Shown here: one piece after another, positions 63,663 through 64,000 of the stretch
How positions within the stretch are numbered: the first letter of the stretch is position 1
Layout of the letters: each line of letters starts with the position of its first letter
NCBI RefSeq assembly: GCF_036321535.1
Contig: NC_087436.1
Span: forward strand, 70,434,001-70,498,000
Source: Camelus dromedarius
Lineage: Eukaryota
Direction of reading: 5' to 3'
Length of the DNA stretch: 64,000 bases
Made by a program: the position numbers and the translations under genes
Notes under the pieces: model-generated
Told to the model about the DNA's origin: nothing
What the model saw: the letters and a program-made list of their open reading frames with translations, nothing else
Database searches by the model: none

Positions 63663-64000
63663 ATCACTACAGAGGAAGACGTAGGTGTTGCTTCTCTTGG
63701 CCTCACTATTTCCCACAGTATAGAGGAAGATCCAGCTGACTTCCTTGTTTTTAATCCTCACACATCACCTTTATATTTCCCTGCTCTGCCTTTTTTCCCT
63801 TGCCGTATGAAACCTGGCCCTAACATTTTTAATGATCCCACTTTGGAAAGTGCCTCGTTATTTTAACTATTGCTAAAGTGGTATTTCGGTCTGGGTGCAG
63901 GACCCCTGAGTGTGTTGAGTTGCTCGTCACCTGCAGGTGATTTGCAGGACACAGGGATTCATCACATATGTTTAAAAACGCTCACTCTTCCGGGAAGTCG

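Larger units (their letters stand above)
1..64000 (+). other. SLC4A4: Gene body (5' portion) of SLC4A4 / NBCe1; upstream non-coding first exon and downstream exons presumably outside the window
   Basis: Two exons recognised by translation and splice sites. That 1-41599 is intron 1 is inferred from the splice acceptor before the ATG and the known gene structure (non-coding exon 1 far upstream). Confidence 0.85.

Noticed and set aside
943..63761. The many 60-190 aa six-frame ORFs
   Set aside because: Apart from those overlapping the two SLC4A4 exons and the L1 ORF2 relic, none resembles a protein I recognise; many lie in repeats and are consistent with chance ORFs.

Overview
Mammalian genomic DNA, most likely a camelid (alpaca/llama/camel), judged from five copies of a tRNA-derived Vic-1-type SINE and a camelid-type L1 3' end. 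The window appears to lie wholly inside the 5' part of SLC4A4 (electrogenic Na+/HCO3- cotransporter NBCe1), transcribed on the + strand. Two coding exons are present. The start-codon exon (41600-41673, [24 protein letters not shown]) and the next exon (60031-60210, [25 protein letters not shown]...SILKPL) together encode the NBCe1-B/C-specific regulatory N-terminus. The rest is intron, dense in L1, L2, MIR, LTR (MLT1A, LTR16-like), hAT and SINE relics plus microsatellites. Repeat family names come from my recall of consensus sequences and ancient-repeat boundaries are approximate. I see no new multi-gene system. The leads most worth checking are: (1) a ~156-nt hairpin at 54906-55061 whose substitutions are mostly G-U-compatible on the sense strand; (2) a stop-free in-frame 35/67-codon extension directly upstream of the NBCe1-B ATG; (3) a candidate 39/43-nt cassette exon at ~51.82 kb; (4) a 24-nt tailless, TSD-flanked insertion resembling the end of L1 ORF1.
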